From assembly GCA_038143065.1 (NCBI GenBank), contig JAYQLI010000046.1, forward strand, positions 1 through 39,428: a stretch of 39,428 bases of DNA, given 5' to 3'. This document shows, piece after piece, positions 20,389-30,554 of the stretch. The translations under genes and the position numbers were made by a program. Under the pieces are notes generated by a model that saw nothing but the letters and a program-made list of their open reading frames with translations, searched no databases and had not been told where the DNA came from. Positions within the stretch are counted from its first letter, which is position 1, and every line of letters starts with the position of its first letter. The DNA comes from Rhodospirillales bacterium. Lineage in GTDB: Bacteria > Pseudomonadota > Alphaproteobacteria > Bin95.

Positions 20389-21999
20389 TCAATTGCCGCT
20401 TTCTCCCAAGACCTTCGCCTCAGTCAGCTCGTTTTCATCCCAAAAACCAACGATTATACCCTTAGCAAGTTCGCCGCCCTTGCGGCTTGAAATACGTTTG
20501 TCAGACACGGTGACTCGGTTGTGGTGGCCGAGCGCCCATCTGTTCAACTGATGGAATAATCTGCTGCGCTCAGCTTCGTACTTTGGATCACCTCCGAGAT
20601 CGAAGAACTCTTCTGGGTCCGTCTCGAGGTCGAAAAGCATGGGCCGGAAACCTTCCGCGTGAAGGTATTTCCAACGACCGTCGAACACCATGACCATGCG
20701 ACAGTCGCCAACGGGATGGTCCAGAATTCGCCGGGCGCGGCGCATTGAGTAATCATATTCGCTAATAACATAGCTTCGCCACTCGGGATCTTCGCCACGC
20801 AGGATGGGGAGAAGAGACCTCCCTTCTAGGATTTGGGGTCGCGGTTCTCCGTCGAACCAGTCGACGAATGTGGGTGCGAGGTCGATGGACTCAACCAGGT
20901 GATTGGACACGCTCCCGCGCGTTTCATCTGCCTCAGGCGAGGGGTCCACCAAGATCATTGGGACATGTACAGAGGGTTCGTGGAACAGTTCTTTTTCACC
21001 CAGCCAGTGATCGCCCAAGTAGTCCCCATGATCTGAGGTAAAAACGATCAATGTATCTTTCGATACTCCGTTCTTATCCATCCAGGCCACAAGACGGCCG
21101 ATTTGGTCGTCAATTTGAGCAATGAGACCCATATAGGCCGGTATTACACGCTCGCGCACCTCGTCGCGCGTGAAGACTTTGGAAAATCTGTGGTCGAAAT
21201 AGGCTGCAAGCACGGGGTGAGCGTCGATTTGCTCCTGCTCTGATCGGACCGGAAGCTGAACATGTTCAGGTCCATACATGTTATGATATGGTGCCGGCGC
21301 TATGTACGGCCAATGCGGCTTGATGTAGCTCAGATGTAAACACCATGGCTGATTGCCCGCGTCTTGGATGAATTCAATAGCACGGGTTGTAGAATAGGTT
21401 GTTTCCGAGTGCTCTTGTGGAACGCGCGCAGGTTTGTTTGCGTTTTCATAGAGCCAGCCCGATAGGACTTTTCCCTCGGGATCTTCGGCAGAATTTGCCA
21501 CATCTTCCCATGGATTTTCGATGTTGTAACCTTGGGCTCGTAGATAATCATTGTAGTGGCTGGGCTTCTTGCCACCGGTTGGATGCAAGCCGTCCAAACG
21601 GTCCCAAACTTCGAACCCGCATTCCGAAATGCGCTTACCAACAGGTGACTCTGGATCGATGCCCAGACGTTTCATGCCTTCCATATCAGCGCTCATGTGG
21701 GTTTTGCCGCAAAGCGCTGTGCGTACGCCCAAGGGTTCAAGATGGTCCCCTAAAGTCATTTCACCGACGCGGAGGGGAAAGTTGTTCCAGCTAGCGCCAT
21801 GGGAGCGCACATAGCGGCCGGTATAGGTACTCATCCGGCTTGGACCGCAAATTGGCGATTGCACGTAAGTGCGATCAAACCTCACACCGCGCGTGGCAAG
21901 CGCATCGATATTGGGCGTCTTGATGAATGGATGACCCGTGCAACCAAGGTAGTCAAACCGTAACTGATCACACATGATGAAAAGAACATTCTTAGTCAT
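20389..21999 (-). CDS. Sulfatase-family hydrolase (phosphonate monoester hydrolase-like)
   Basis: NVLFIMCDQLR, CGPSR formylglycine motif, KPHWPY, TSDHGDYLGDH; intact 536 aa. Confidence 0.92.
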   Translation of the reverse strand: MTKNVLFIMCDQLRFDYLGCTGHPFIKTPNIDALATRGVRFDRTYVQSPICGPSRMSTYTGRYVRSHGASWNNFPLRVGEMTLGDHLEPLGVRTALCGKTHMSADMEGMKRLGIDPESPVGKRISECGFEVWDRLDGLHPTGGKKPSHYNDYLRAQGYNIENPWEDVANSAEDPEGKVLSGWLYENANKPARVPQEHSETTYSTTRAIEFIQDAGNQPWCLHLSYIKPHWPYIAPAPYHNMYGPEHVQLPVRSEQEQIDAHPVLAAYFDHRFSKVFTRDEVRERVIPAYMGLIAQIDDQIGRLVAWMDKNGVSKDTLIVFTSDHGDYLGDHWLGEKELFHEPSVHVPMILVDPSPEADETRGSVSNHLVESIDLAPTFVDWFDGEPRPQILEGRSLLPILRGEDPEWRSYVISEYDYSMRRARRILDHPVGDCRMVMVFDGRWKYLHAEGFRPMLFDLETDPEEFFDLGGDPKYEAERSRLFHQLNRWALGHHNRVTVSDKRISSRKGGELAKGIIVGFWDENELTEAKVLGESGN

Positions 22000-22008
22000 G
22001 ATAAGTAC

Positions 22009-22938
22009 CTATTTATTCCAAACCACTCGAAATCCGTGATGCGTGGTCGTGCTATCGGGCGAGGTGCCGGACCGGGCGGCGATCCGGTAGCGCGTGCAAT
22101 AGCTTCTATGACAAAGAAATGAACCGCCTTTGGACAGTTTGAACCCGCGCATCGCTCGTTGCCGCTCTTTCACGGATTTCTTTAGTGACTTGATCTTGTA
22201 GGCGTCTGCTGTCCATTCCCAGACATTCCCGACCATGTTGTACAGCCCATAGCCATTAGGCTCGAACGACTTTGCTGGAGCCGTGGTAATGTGCCCGTCT
22301 GCGCCTGTGTTTGTCTCAGGAAACAACCCCTGCCATATGTTACAAGGCGTGTAGTCATTGTCATTGGGCTCCTTCTCGCCCCACGGATAGGGCACATCCC
22401 CCTGCCCTCCTCGCGCTGCATGTTCCCATTCCACTTCTGTCGGCAAGCGGCCTCCGACCCAAGCGGCATAAGCGCGGGCGTCGTTCCATGAAATGTGCAC
22501 TACCGGGTGATCGTCCAGACAAGTATCCTCTGTCTGCGGTCCGTTTGGTGAACACCAAGTTGCTCCATCAACCCGGCGCCACCATTCTACCTCTACAACA
22601 CCTTGGGTCGCGCCCACGTGGTGCGGTACCTGGTTCCAAAAGACGAAGGACCAACCAAAGCGTTTGGCCTCGGTAACATAGTCAGTGGCCTCAATGAATT
22701 GCCGGAACTGGGCGTTGGTTACTGTTGTCCGACCCATGAGAAACGGCTTAAGGCGCACCTTTCGAAGAGGGCCCTCCCCATCATCGGCAATACGGGGATG
22801 GGCTGTGCCGACCAAAGCCACACCGCCGGGGATGTCAATTGCATCCGCGCGCTGCGGCTTACCCAGTTCTACGCTTAGCGTTTGTGCGGCACCTTCGGCG
22901 CGGCTAGGGGAACAGCAGGGTTTTGCGAACTCAGTCAT
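22009..22938 (-). CDS. Formylglycine-generating enzyme (sulfatase-modifying factor)
   Basis: HPVVHISWNDA, RLPTEVEWE, NMVGNVWEW, KGGSFLCHRSYCTRYR, HHGFR. Confidence 0.95.
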   Translation of the reverse strand: MTEFAKPCCSPSRAEGAAQTLSVELGKPQRADAIDIPGGVALVGTAHPRIADDGEGPLRKVRLKPFLMGRTTVTNAQFRQFIEATDYVTEAKRFGWSFVFWNQVPHHVGATQGVVEVEWWRRVDGATWCSPNGPQTEDTCLDDHPVVHISWNDARAYAAWVGGRLPTEVEWEHAARGGQGDVPYPWGEKEPNDNDYTPCNIWQGLFPETNTGADGHITTAPAKSFEPNGYGLYNMVGNVWEWTADAYKIKSLKKSVKERQRAMRGFKLSKGGSFLCHRSYCTRYRIAARSGTSPDSTTTHHGFRVVWNK

Positions 22939-22941
22939 ATA

Positions 22942-24468
22942 CTATCCTGGTCCGACTCGTTGACCAGTTGGTCCAATGTCATCCGGTCTTGCGTGCAGAT
23001 ACCCTTCAAGCACTTCCCGCAATTCGGCGTGGTCCGGATCATGAAAAACGTTGCACAACTCGTTTGGGTCAGTTCGCAGATCATACATCTCCCCTGCCCC
23101 CGACCGCAGGTCCATGGTTAATTTGGCATCCGCCGTGCGAACCGTGCGCAGGGACAACGCGACCCCAACCCGGTTGGCAAAAAGCTCCCATTCCATCATG
23201 GCAAAATCCCGCGTGCCTTCACTCTCAAGCAGAGGTTTCAGCGAGGCGCCATGCTGGGGCAACCCCGCAGCCGTTCCGCTGTAGTCATAAAGCGTCGAGG
23301 CAATATCGAGCGTTGACACGGGCTCTGTCACGATCTTGCCGTTGGAAATACCCGGCCCTCTGGCAATTAGCGGTACGCGAAGCAATCCTTCATAAGGCAT
23401 TGGACCTTTCAAGATAAGCCCGTGATCGCCCAACCAGTCTCCATGGTCAGATGTATAGATCACGATCGTATTTTCCGCCAAGCCAACCTCGTCGAGAACG
23501 GCCATCAATCGGCCCACCTGTTCGTCAATGAAAGATATCTGGCCATAAGTATTTGCGATAATCTCGCGCAATTGATCATCGGTCTGAGGCGCTATGCGCG
23601 AATAGGTGGACCGGACTGCGATTTCTTGGGCATCCCCTTTGGGTGTGTTTTCAACCGCTGCACGATGCCACCAAGGGCGTTGGTCAAAGTCCAATTCGCG
23701 GTGCTTTGGCAAGTCAATGTCTTTGGGGTTATGCAACCGCGACCAAGGCTCGGGGCAATCAAACGGATGGTGAGGGTCTACAAAACTGACCCAGGCACAA
23801 AAAGGTTTGGTTTCGTCTCGCCCATGGCGCAGCCATTCAATCGCGCGATCAGCTGTCCAAGGCGTATAGTGCCAATTTGTCGGCAATTTCGAATGCCATG
23901 TCTGAGCCGCGTCCTTGGTGTCGCCAGCATTTGCCAGATATTCATCCCTACGCGCTTCTCCTCGACCATCCGCGTAGAAAAACCGTTCATAGTGTAGTCC
24001 AACCGGAGGCTCTTGCGGCGGATGGTTAGAGGGGCCTGAAAGCATTAGTTCGACATGATTGAAGCCCATGTATGGCCCATTCCAATCGGGACCAAAATCG
24101 ACCGAAGAAATTGCGGCTTCTGGTCGACCTGTAGGCTCTATCGGATCATAGCTTGAAAAATGTGCCTTGCCAAAAAGCCCGGTATCGTAGCCCGCCTGCG
24201 TGAGGGTTCCAGCAAATCCAGCTTCCCCCGTTCTCTCATTGAGATCAATGCCGTTGTCATGAACGCCGTGGGTCCGACAGAGCTGACCTGTTAAAATTGA
24301 TGCACGTGCGGGTTGGCAGACGGGCGCGGAGCAAATGGCTGATGTGAAACGCACACCCTCATTTGCTAATTGGTCTAAATTGGGTGTGCGCACGCTACGC
24401 CCTTCAACCCCAAGGCAGTCGCCCCGATGTTGGTCTGCGGAGATGATCAGGAAATTGGGTCTTTGCAT
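22942..24468 (-). CDS. Sulfatase
   Basis: RPNFLIISADQHR, CQPAR motif, DPHHPF, TSDHGD. Confidence 0.93.
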   Translation of the reverse strand: MQRPNFLIISADQHRGDCLGVEGRSVRTPNLDQLANEGVRFTSAICSAPVCQPARASILTGQLCRTHGVHDNGIDLNERTGEAGFAGTLTQAGYDTGLFGKAHFSSYDPIEPTGRPEAAISSVDFGPDWNGPYMGFNHVELMLSGPSNHPPQEPPVGLHYERFFYADGRGEARRDEYLANAGDTKDAAQTWHSKLPTNWHYTPWTADRAIEWLRHGRDETKPFCAWVSFVDPHHPFDCPEPWSRLHNPKDIDLPKHRELDFDQRPWWHRAAVENTPKGDAQEIAVRSTYSRIAPQTDDQLREIIANTYGQISFIDEQVGRLMAVLDEVGLAENTIVIYTSDHGDWLGDHGLILKGPMPYEGLLRVPLIARGPGISNGKIVTEPVSTLDIASTLYDYSGTAAGLPQHGASLKPLLESEGTRDFAMMEWELFANRVGVALSLRTVRTADAKLTMDLRSGAGEMYDLRTDPNELCNVFHDPDHAELREVLEGYLHARPDDIGPTGQRVGPG

Positions 24469-24480
24469 ATCATACGACCG

Positions 24481-25305
24481 TCAGTGTGCAAGCAGGACGG
24501 GCAGCGTCGCATTTTCAAGAATGAATTTCGTCGGGCCCCCAAATATTTCTTCGCGCAACAGGCTCCTTTCAAACGCACCCATGACCAACAAACCCGCATC
24601 GACCTCGTGGCAATAGTTCAAAATATCTTGACCAATATTGCGTGACGTCGCCGGTCGTCTAATGCGACTGGCAGGTACTTCGTGTCGCCGCAAAGCGCTC
24701 ACCACATCTATTCCATCCAATGGTGGCCGAACATCCTGCCCAAAGCTAACAACATCGACCTTTTGTTTTGTCTCCAGAATCAGCATCGCATCATTTAGTG
24801 CACGCGTGGCTGAACGCCGCCCATCCCAGGCAAGAACGGCCGTCTTTGCCAAGGCTTCATCGTTCGCAATATTTGGAACGACCAAAACCGGCCGGCCGCT
24901 TTTCAGCGCGATCGTTTCCGGGTGCAAGTCTATGTCGGTAGAGACCTCATTGTCATGTTTGCCGATAAGGGTGAAGTCGAACATGCAGGCATACTGAGAA
25001 ACGGTATGATCAGGTTGCCCGCTGAGCGATATCCAATGCAGCTTTTCCGGCGGGACTGTTGGCCCGGCCTGTGCATGAAACTGGGCTTCGACTTCGGTTT
25101 CGTTCTGCTGGATGGCTTCATTGAGAATACCACGGACATTCTCTGGCACCCACTGATGCTGGCTGAACCTGTCGCGCTTTCCTTCATGGGCAAGAATCCC
25201 GGTGATGTGAGCATCATATTTTTTCTGCATCAGCAGCGCAGCCTCGAGCGCATTTTTGGATGTCTCTGACCCGTTAAAGGCCACAAGAAGATTTTTGATC
25301 GCCAT
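24481..25305 (-). CDS. Universal stress protein (tandem UspA domains)
   Basis: LLVAFNGS, SGRPVLVVP, AWDG, LLVMGAF..GGPT..LPVLLAH. Confidence 0.9.
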   Translation of the reverse strand: MAIKNLLVAFNGSETSKNALEAALLMQKKYDAHITGILAHEGKRDRFSQHQWVPENVRGILNEAIQQNETEVEAQFHAQAGPTVPPEKLHWISLSGQPDHTVSQYACMFDFTLIGKHDNEVSTDIDLHPETIALKSGRPVLVVPNIANDEALAKTAVLAWDGRRSATRALNDAMLILETKQKVDVVSFGQDVRPPLDGIDVVSALRRHEVPASRIRRPATSRNIGQDILNYCHEVDAGLLVMGAFERSLLREEIFGGPTKFILENATLPVLLAH

Positions 25306-26909
25306 TACGTGTCCCTCTCTGCATCAATTGCTGCATTCACTGCGGGTTTCTTGGGCCGCGAAAAGAACACGATCACTGCAACAGACAGAGCCAAGAAAAC
25401 CAGCGACAGTGGGCTCTTGAATAAGAAGAACGGATCTCCATCAGCCACAGCAAATGCTTGACGGAATGCCGTTTCCAAATTGCCCGCGAGAATGAACGCG
25501 ATGACGAAAGGCAGGGTTGGTATCTTCAGTTTGCGCATCAGGTAGCCGAGAATTGCAAAAGAAAAGGCAAAGTAGAAAGCGTTGAAATCCGTTTCCTGCA
25601 CATAGATCGCGGTCATGGTCAGCAGCAGAACAATCGGCAACAAAACTTGTTTCGGGATGGAGGCCATGACGCCCACCATGCGCATGAATTGACCACCGAT
25701 GATCCAGTTCATGATGTTGGCCAGCATCATCGTGGTGAAGAGGCCAAAGGCAATAACCAGTTCCGGGTTCACCTCCGAGGCTGTGAAACGGAAGACGCTT
25801 GGCCCGGGATTGAACCCACCAATGCTTTCGGCGGCCAGAATCAAGAATACAGCCCCCACATTTCCGGGAATACCCAGCGACAAAACCGGGATCAGGTTCG
25901 CGCCCGAAACCGAACTGTTCGCAGCTTCGGTGGCGGCCACGCCCTCAGGTGTGCCTTGGCCAAAGGGTACCTTGCCCTTGTGCATCCGCTCGCCCGTCGC
26001 ATATCCCAGCGTCGCCGCAAGCGTCGACCCAATGCCCGGCAGCGCACCGATACCTGTACCAATGACCGCTGACACGCTGATAAATGGCATAAGCTTGCGA
26101 CGGTCTTTCCAGGTCAGCTTGTTATCGCGTGATTGCGAAACCTCGACAGGCGGCTGGTCAGACTGTCTGTCGCGCCACATCTGTTCAAAGGCAAAAAGGA
26201 CTTCGCCCAGGATCAATACGCCAAGAACGGCCGTGATCAATGGCACACCATTAGATAGGAAATCAATGCCAAATGAAAGCCGCGAATAGGTGTCCTCACC
26301 TGTTCCGATCGCGGCAATGAAGAGCCCGAGGAAGGCGGCAATCATGCCCTTCATCGGAGAGGCTCCTACAACCGCTGCGACAAACGCAAGCGATAGCAGG
26401 ATCAATGCCGCCTTTTCACCGAAGCCAAGATAGGCCTCGACAATGATCGCCAAAAACGGCGCACAGGTGAACAGAACGAGGTCAGAAAAGGTATCGCCCG
26501 AAACCGATGCGAAATGCGCCGTCTTGAGTGCTTTGCCAGCCTGTCCCTTTTTCGCCATCGGGTAGCCGTCAAACGTGGTCAACATCGCATCCGGCGTGCC
26601 GGGCGTATTAAACAAAATTGCGGGAACCGCGCCGCCAACCGTAGCGCCCTTCATGACGCCCACAAGAAAGCCCAGAACCGGCAGCAACGCGTCCGGTGTA
26701 AAGCCAAAGATCGAGAGCAGGATCGGGAGCGAAATGGCCATCAGGAACGGCCCGGCGAGGCCAGGCGTTGCGCCACCGACGATCCCAATGACAAAGCCGA
26801 CAAACACCATCAAGGGCGTAATCGGAATGGCAATTCCGAAAATCTCAAAGGCGGCGGGGCCGGCTATTACCGCCAGTACCCCCGCCCAGACATACTCCAG
26901 GACGCTCAT
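25305..26909 (-). CDS. tctA: Tripartite tricarboxylate transporter large permease
   Basis: AILFNTPGTP, DGYPMAKKG, EAANSS, LSLGIPG. Confidence 0.92.
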   Translation of the reverse strand: MSVLEYVWAGVLAVIAGPAAFEIFGIAIPITPLMVFVGFVIGIVGGATPGLAGPFLMAISLPILLSIFGFTPDALLPVLGFLVGVMKGATVGGAVPAILFNTPGTPDAMLTTFDGYPMAKKGQAGKALKTAHFASVSGDTFSDLVLFTCAPFLAIIVEAYLGFGEKAALILLSLAFVAAVVGASPMKGMIAAFLGLFIAAIGTGEDTYSRLSFGIDFLSNGVPLITAVLGVLILGEVLFAFEQMWRDRQSDQPPVEVSQSRDNKLTWKDRRKLMPFISVSAVIGTGIGALPGIGSTLAATLGYATGERMHKGKVPFGQGTPEGVAATEAANSSVSGANLIPVLSLGIPGNVGAVFLILAAESIGGFNPGPSVFRFTASEVNPELVIAFGLFTTMMLANIMNWIIGGQFMRMVGVMASIPKQVLLPIVLLLTMTAIYVQETDFNAFYFAFSFAILGYLMRKLKIPTLPFVIAFILAGNLETAFRQAFAVADGDPFFLFKSPLSLVFLALSVAVIVFFSRPKKPAVNAAIDAERDT

Positions 26910-27484
26910 TAGAAGTCTCCGTTCGGGGGTAAGAGGATCGTGTCGAAAGGCACGTCGAAGATGAGGATAAGGACAATCACAGCAAGGATCGACGAGAGCG
27001 CACGCTTAGCACTCAAACGTCCTTCAATCAGAGATGTGATGCCAAAAACCAACGTGAACCCGCCAAGAATGAAGCCAATGTATTTCCACGGAACAGTGCC
27101 GCGCAGCTGGCGATAGGTGACAGCTTCTTCACCCGATGGGCCAAACAGCGCAACAGCGACTGGGCCCGCCCAATACATGAGCGCGAATGAGCTGACGCAT
27201 ATGCCAACAACGGCGGCAAAAAAGATGAAAGTCATCGCGTCGAAGGGGCCGTCGCCACCTTTCTCGTCACGCCTGCGAAACGAAAGAAAGCAATGAACCG
27301 CGGCGCATAATACAATGCCAGAAGCCGCCACCATCGGAAGCATTGCATCCCCGATGTAAGTGTTGCGACGGAACTCATAGATCGGAGGAGTTTCGCTATC
27401 GAAAGGCACCCAGACAAACACCGCGACCAACGACAAAACTAAAAACCCAAAACCAATCCACAATTCGACAGACCGTCCAAGCAT
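26909..27484 (-). CDS. tctB: Tripartite tricarboxylate transporter small permease (TctB-like)
   Basis: 191-aa hydrophobic protein between tctC and tctA, ending FDTILLPPNG. Confidence 0.75.
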   Translation of the reverse strand: MLGRSVELWIGFGFLVLSLVAVFVWVPFDSETPPIYEFRRNTYIGDAMLPMVAASGIVLCAAVHCFLSFRRRDEKGGDGPFDAMTFIFFAAVVGICVSSFALMYWAGPVAVALFGPSGEEAVTYRQLRGTVPWKYIGFILGGFTLVFGITSLIEGRLSAKRALSSILAVIVLILIFDVPFDTILLPPNGDF

Positions 27485-27527
27485 GGCACGCCTCCCTTCA
27501 TGAGTGCTGTATAGAAGAATGGATGAC

Positions 27528-27550
27528 CCGACCCGGTTTCACCGGGCCGG
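27528..27550 (-). terminator. GC-rich hairpin after tctC (stabiliser or weak terminator)
   Basis: Minus strand CCGGCCCGGT-GAA-ACCGGGTCGG; no clear U-tract. Confidence 0.5.
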
Positions 27551-27563
27551 ATCCAAATCAGGC

Positions 27564-28520
27564 TTATTCAGCAGAAGCATCCAAAAGGGCGCCTGCGGCC
27601 GCATAGTTCGCGTCAATTTCTGCGCGCAGGGCATCCCCTTGGATCACGACAGGGCCAGCGAAGGCCTTGTTTGCGAAGGCCGCAACCTTGCTTTCAGGAT
27701 CGTTCAAAACCTCGGCGATTGCCGTAATGTAGGCAGATTTTGCCGCATCATCCAGGCCAGCAGGCGCAATAACCATGAACTGCACACCGAAGGTGAACGG
27801 CACATTGTACTGCTCCAGCAGCGGCGCATCTGGCGAAATCCTGAGCGGGCTGGTTTCGGCAGACACAATGTTGACAAGTTCGCCTGCTTTGACGCCCGGG
27901 GTTTGCACGCCAGCCGCCCAAGCAACGTCCAGATCATCTGCAACAACACCGTTCAGGCCGCCCTTGCCGCCCTTGACCATAACAGTCGTGAACTCAACGC
28001 CGTTGGCTTTGCCAATCACATATGCCGCATCCGCAAGCTTGGGGCTCATCGCGCCAAATGTAATCTTTTCGCCCGCTTGCGCGGCAGCGATCACGTCGCC
28101 CAAGTCGTTCCAGCCCCGGTCTGCTTTTGCAATGATCCCCATTTGAGATCCAGTGAGCGTAGAGAGATACTCAAAATCGTCCACCGAATAGCCGGGGTTG
28201 CGTGCCGCTTGAACGCCGTAGGTCACAGCTTCGTTGACTGTTACACCTATGGCCAAACCATCTGCCGGCTCGTCCTTGAGAGCAGTCGCCATCGTGGCGC
28301 CGCCTTTGCCAGCCACGTTTTCTGGAATGAACTCCCAGCCATTGCGTGCGCTTAGTTCTTCGGCCAGCAGACGGGCCATTGTGTCCACGCCGCCACCAGC
28401 CCGGAACGCCACCATCATTTTGATCGGGCCATTCGGCGCCCAATCCTCGGCGTTTGCGGTTACTGCGGATGCTGCAATTGCCAGTGTGGCGACTGCGCTC
28501 TTCAAAAATGCGAATTTCAT
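27564..28520 (-). CDS. tctC: Tripartite tricarboxylate transporter substrate-binding protein (Bug/TctC)
   Basis: Signal peptide from MKFAFLKS; AFRAGGGVDTMAR, ENVAGKGG, PADG. Confidence 0.9.
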   Translation of the reverse strand: MKFAFLKSAVATLAIAASAVTANAEDWAPNGPIKMMVAFRAGGGVDTMARLLAEELSARNGWEFIPENVAGKGGATMATALKDEPADGLAIGVTVNEAVTYGVQAARNPGYSVDDFEYLSTLTGSQMGIIAKADRGWNDLGDVIAAAQAGEKITFGAMSPKLADAAYVIGKANGVEFTTVMVKGGKGGLNGVVADDLDVAWAAGVQTPGVKAGELVNIVSAETSPLRISPDAPLLEQYNVPFTFGVQFMVIAPAGLDDAAKSAYITAIAEVLNDPESKVAAFANKAFAGPVVIQGDALRAEIDANYAAAGALLDASAE

Positions 28521-28548
28521 AGTTTTCCTCTCTATTTGCGAAGATGGA

Positions 28549-29976
28549 TTACGTTGGAACCGGTGTTGCACCGGAGGGTCCAGTGTTGAAGGCGGCCTCC
28601 GGGCCACCAAATCGCGCAACCAGCCTGTCCTGATCCGCCTTTGCTGCTGCATCGACGGCCTCAGGGTCACAGATTGCGTGAAGTTGAGTGCGCATGAATT
28701 GCGCAATGGTCTTGTGTTTGGGGTTCTCTATCAGGTTGTTGACCTCAAGCGGGTCTGCTTCCAGGTCAAACAACTCGGCGCCGTAGCCGACGAATTCGTG
28801 GTATTTCCAGCGCGCATTCGCGAGCATGAAGCCACCTGAAGGCGCGTTGACTGCATGATATTCGGCGAAGACTAGCCGTTCAGAGTCATCCGGCTTGGCG
28901 GCGATCTTCAGCAAGGATTGGCCCACCCATTCGGGGTCGGCGGGCAATTTGCAAACGTCGCTGATCGTCGGCGCAATGTCCAAAAGGCTTACAGGCGTTG
29001 TGACAGTGCTGCCTGCGGAAACACTCGGTCCAGCAAGTATCATCGGCACCTGCACGCTCTCGCGGTAAAGATGCGATTTGCCCCAGCGGCCGCGCATGCC
29101 CAGACCTTCCCCATGATCTGAGGTGTAGATCACAAGCGTGTTTTCGGCCTGACCGGAGGCTTCCAAAGCATCCAGCACACGACCGATCTGCGTGTCAACA
29201 AAGGTACAAAGCGCATAATATGCTGCAATCGCCTCGCGGCGTTTTTCATCAGTGCCAAGCTCGGCATCACTGTTTTCGATGTCGTTCATCCGGTCTAGCC
29301 AGGGATGAACAGTGTAATTCGGGCCCGGACGCACAGACGGGAGGGGCATTTCAACCGCCGGGTACATGTCCAGATATTCTTGTGGGACGGTCAGCGGGAA
29401 ATGTGGCGCGACAAAGCTGGTAAAGGCCACCCAGGGCTCTGCTTTGCGTTGAGGCTCTTGCAGCCAATCGACGGCCTTTTCAGCAACGTTCATGTCGAAG
29501 GAGTTATACTTGGAGAGGCCAGCGCCGATTTGTCCCAGCATACCCGTTCCTTTGGCGACCTTGGGAAGCGGATTGCGCACCGATCCCCAAACTTGGCCAA
29601 TCCCGTTCTGGATATGCATGGGCAGGATCTGTTCGTCAAAACCAGTGGGATCTTCGGCGGTGCGATAGTGTAGCTTGCCAATACTGGTCACAGACACGCC
29701 TGCCGATTGTAGAACGCTGCCCCAGCCCGGCACGCGCCCATCATAGGCGTGGGCATTGTCCCAATAGCCGGTTTTATGAGTGTAGCGTCCTGTTGCGACC
29801 GCCGCGCGGGCGGGCACGCAGATCGGGCAAGGCGTATAGGCGTTTTGAAACACCGTTCCGCGCGCGGCCAAACGGTCAAGGTTTGGCGTTTGCACAACGG
29901 GATGGCCCAAAAACGAAAGCGCGCCCGCTTGATGTTCATCTGCCATGACGAACAAGATGTTAGTCGGAGTTCCCAT
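28549..29976 (-). CDS. Sulfatase (choline-sulfatase-like)
   Basis: NILFVMADEH, CVPAR motif, GKLH, APHFP, TSDHGE, AEYHA. Confidence 0.92.
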   Translation of the reverse strand: MGTPTNILFVMADEHQAGALSFLGHPVVQTPNLDRLAARGTVFQNAYTPCPICVPARAAVATGRYTHKTGYWDNAHAYDGRVPGWGSVLQSAGVSVTSIGKLHYRTAEDPTGFDEQILPMHIQNGIGQVWGSVRNPLPKVAKGTGMLGQIGAGLSKYNSFDMNVAEKAVDWLQEPQRKAEPWVAFTSFVAPHFPLTVPQEYLDMYPAVEMPLPSVRPGPNYTVHPWLDRMNDIENSDAELGTDEKRREAIAAYYALCTFVDTQIGRVLDALEASGQAENTLVIYTSDHGEGLGMRGRWGKSHLYRESVQVPMILAGPSVSAGSTVTTPVSLLDIAPTISDVCKLPADPEWVGQSLLKIAAKPDDSERLVFAEYHAVNAPSGGFMLANARWKYHEFVGYGAELFDLEADPLEVNNLIENPKHKTIAQFMRTQLHAICDPEAVDAAAKADQDRLVARFGGPEAAFNTGPSGATPVPT

Positions 29977-30046
29977 CAAATTCCCTTGCACGATTCTCAT
30001 TGCCGTCGCATCTTTAATCAGACATTACGTTTATTACGATACGAAA

Positions 30047-30072
30047 GCAACAAAAATGTTGCGTGCGCAACA
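30047..30072. promoter_or_regulatory. Putative MarR operator: overlapping dyads GCAACA-N4-TGTTGC and TGTTGCG-N2-CGCAACA
   Basis: Located in the divergent sulfatase/marR intergenic region. Confidence 0.6.
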
Positions 30073-30083
30073 AGGAGATCTTG

Positions 30084-30551
30084 ATGAAACTTACAGCCGC
30101 CACATTAGAGAGCCAGTTGGAAAAGGTGAAAGATCTTGAAAGCCGACTGACGTTTCGCCTGTCTGTCTTGAGCAAAGTCCTTGATCATCAATCAGTTGAG
30201 CTGCTCAAGGGCTCGCCGCTCAGCCTGACGGGCTACCGGATAATGAACGTCGTCGAGACATTTGGAGCTATTTCGATTTCTGATCTCAGCCGGTTCACCG
30301 CCCTCGATCGCGCCCAGATAAGCCGCACGGCGGAAAACCTTGGGAAGCAGGGCCTCGTCACCTTCTCCGCCGATCCCAACAGCAAGCGCAAGAAACTTGT
30401 GAACCTTTCCGTCGAAGGTCGGCGCATCCTGGACGAGGTCCAACCAAAATTTGCAGATCGCCAGAAGCAATTAAAAGAACAAATTGGCCAGGAAGATGAA
30501 GACGCTTTATGGCGCGGGTTGTCGAAACTGGGCGAAGTGCTGGGGACCTAA
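30084..30551 (+). CDS. MarR-family transcriptional regulator
   Basis: Winged-helix features LDRAQISR, DPNSKRKKLVNLSVEGR; RBS AAGGAG. Confidence 0.9.
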   Translation: MKLTAATLESQLEKVKDLESRLTFRLSVLSKVLDHQSVELLKGSPLSLTGYRIMNVVETFGAISISDLSRFTALDRAQISRTAENLGKQGLVTFSADPNSKRKKLVNLSVEGRRILDEVQPKFADRQKQLKEQIGQEDEDALWRGLSKLGEVLGT

Positions 30552-30554
30552 AGC

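Noticed and set aside
28521-28706. N-terminal extension of the tctC ORF
   Set aside because: Overlaps the sulfatase 3' end; the signal peptide and RBS (GAGAGGA) support a start at 28520.
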